Below are positions 63,301 to 64,000 of a stretch of DNA of 64,000 bases, piece after piece. Position 1 is the first letter of the stretch; each line of letters opens with the position of its first letter. This DNA is from Actinomycetota bacterium (lineage in GTDB: Bacteria > Actinomycetota > Acidimicrobiia > IMCC26256 > DASPTH01), in assembly GCA_046727575.1 (NCBI GenBank), contig JBKPCV010000046.1, positions 9,474 through 73,473 on the forward strand, in the 5' to 3' direction. A program made the translations under genes and the position numbers. The notes beneath the pieces are model-generated. The model did no database searches and had not been told where the DNA came from. It saw only the letters and a list, made by a program, of their open reading frames with translations.

Positions 63301-64000
63301 ATGGTATTCGTCGTGAACAGTGCGCACTCCACGCCGCCGATAGGCTCGCCGGCCGTGCGCGTGCTCGTGCTGTTGCCCACGTACAACGAGATCGAGAACA
63401 TCGAAGACGTCCTCCGACGCACGCGGAGGGCCTTGCCCGACGCCGACGTGATCGTGATCGACGACGGGAGTCCCGACGGGACCGCCGATCGCGCCGAGAA
63501 GCTCGAAGCCGACCTCGGCCGCATCGAAGTACTGCGACGACCGGTGAAGTCGGGCCTCGGTTCCGCATATCGCACCGGCTTCCGGGTCGGACTTGCGCGC
63601 GGTTACGACGTCATGATCGAGATGGACGCCGACCTGTCGCACGACCCGAGCGTGCTGCCCGAGCTGGTCGCGGCGGTCGAGGCAGGCGCGGACCTCGCGA
63701 TCGGCTCGCGCTACGTGCACGGCGGGTCGATTCCCGACTGGAGATGGCTTCGCCGCGCGATCTCACGCGGCGGCTGTCTGTACGCGCGGACGGTTCTCGG
63801 GTTGTCGGTGCACGACGCGACTGCCGGCTTCCGTGCGTACCACCGTCGAGCGCTGGCGCGGATCCCGCTCGACTCGGTGCGGGCAGACGGATACGGGTTC
63901 CAAGTGGAGATGACCTATCTCACCGAGCGCCTCGGCGGCCGCGTCGTCGAGACCCCGATCACGTTTCACGATCGCACCCTCGGACGATCGAAGATGTCGA
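63301..64000 (+). CDS. ppm1: polyprenol-phosphate mannose synthase (GT2), 3' end beyond the window
   Basis: Not in the ORF track because no stop lies inside the window. My translation reads ...VRVLVLLPTYNEIENIEDVL...VIVIDDGSPDGTAD...MDADLSHDP...GSRYV...DATAGFRAY.... Candidate starts are ATG 63301, GTG 63313 and GTG 63355. Confidence 0.85.
   Translation, partial: MVFVVNSAHSTPPIGSPAVRVLVLLPTYNEIENIEDVLRRTRRALPDADVIVIDDGSPDGTADRAEKLEADLGRIEVLRRPVKSGLGSAYRTGFRVGLARGYDVMIEMDADLSHDPSVLPELVAAVEAGADLAIGSRYVHGGSIPDWRWLRRAISRGGCLYARTVLGLSVHDATAGFRAYHRRALARIPLDSVRADGYGFQVEMTYLTERLGGRVVETPITFHDRTLGRSKMS

Noticed and set aside
1-64000. Mobile elements, prophage, integrative island, toxin-antitoxin or known defence-system genes; tRNA and rRNA genes
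   Set aside because: No transposase, integrase, recombinase, phage structural, nuclease-methylase or TA-like products were seen among the plausible CDS. No tRNA-like T-arm/acceptor pattern was noticed in intergenic DNA. Composition appears uniform by eye.

Overview
GC-rich, very gene-dense chromosomal segment with about 60 CDS. Many start/stop overlaps of the ATGA, GTGA and TGATG type point to translationally coupled operons. The gene content looks like core Actinomycetota genome: hflX-dapC-dapD-dapE, the lexA / LysM gene / nrdR / nrdJ block, a HelD-like helicase, lon, fumC, a five-gene peptide ABC transporter, cspA, ppx, apbE, hisN, a PimB'-like GT4 with SRPBCC and ROK glucokinase genes, glpK, pfkA, tesB, and a polyprenol-phosphate mannose synthase gene running off the 3' end. 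I found no rRNA, tRNA, CRISPR array, transposase, integrase, prophage or recognisable defence island, so I cannot name a discrete new multi-gene system here. The least explained signal is non-coding. An identical 31-nt hairpin element, GCGAGCCGGGTATCCCGGCGAGCAGCGAGCG, occurs in three intergenic spacers. In one spacer (ppx-ALDH) it sits inside two perfect 56-bp tandem units that fill the whole gap. One copy carries a compensatory base-pair swap, and a degenerate fourth locus exists. Every clear copy is in the sense orientation and directly follows a stop codon. Other items worth a second look are listed here.
- A translationally coupled PIG-L deacetylase plus histidine phosphatase pair.
- An M23/LytM-like secreted protein with degenerate metal-ligand motifs.
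- A pore-loop, channel-like membrane protein with a non-canonical filter.
- A MerR regulator with an internally duplicated HTH module, next to a near-consensus promoter and a long structured leader.
- Several operator-like palindromes and direct repeats.
All calls rest on reading the supplied translations and sequence by eye. No database search was possible.
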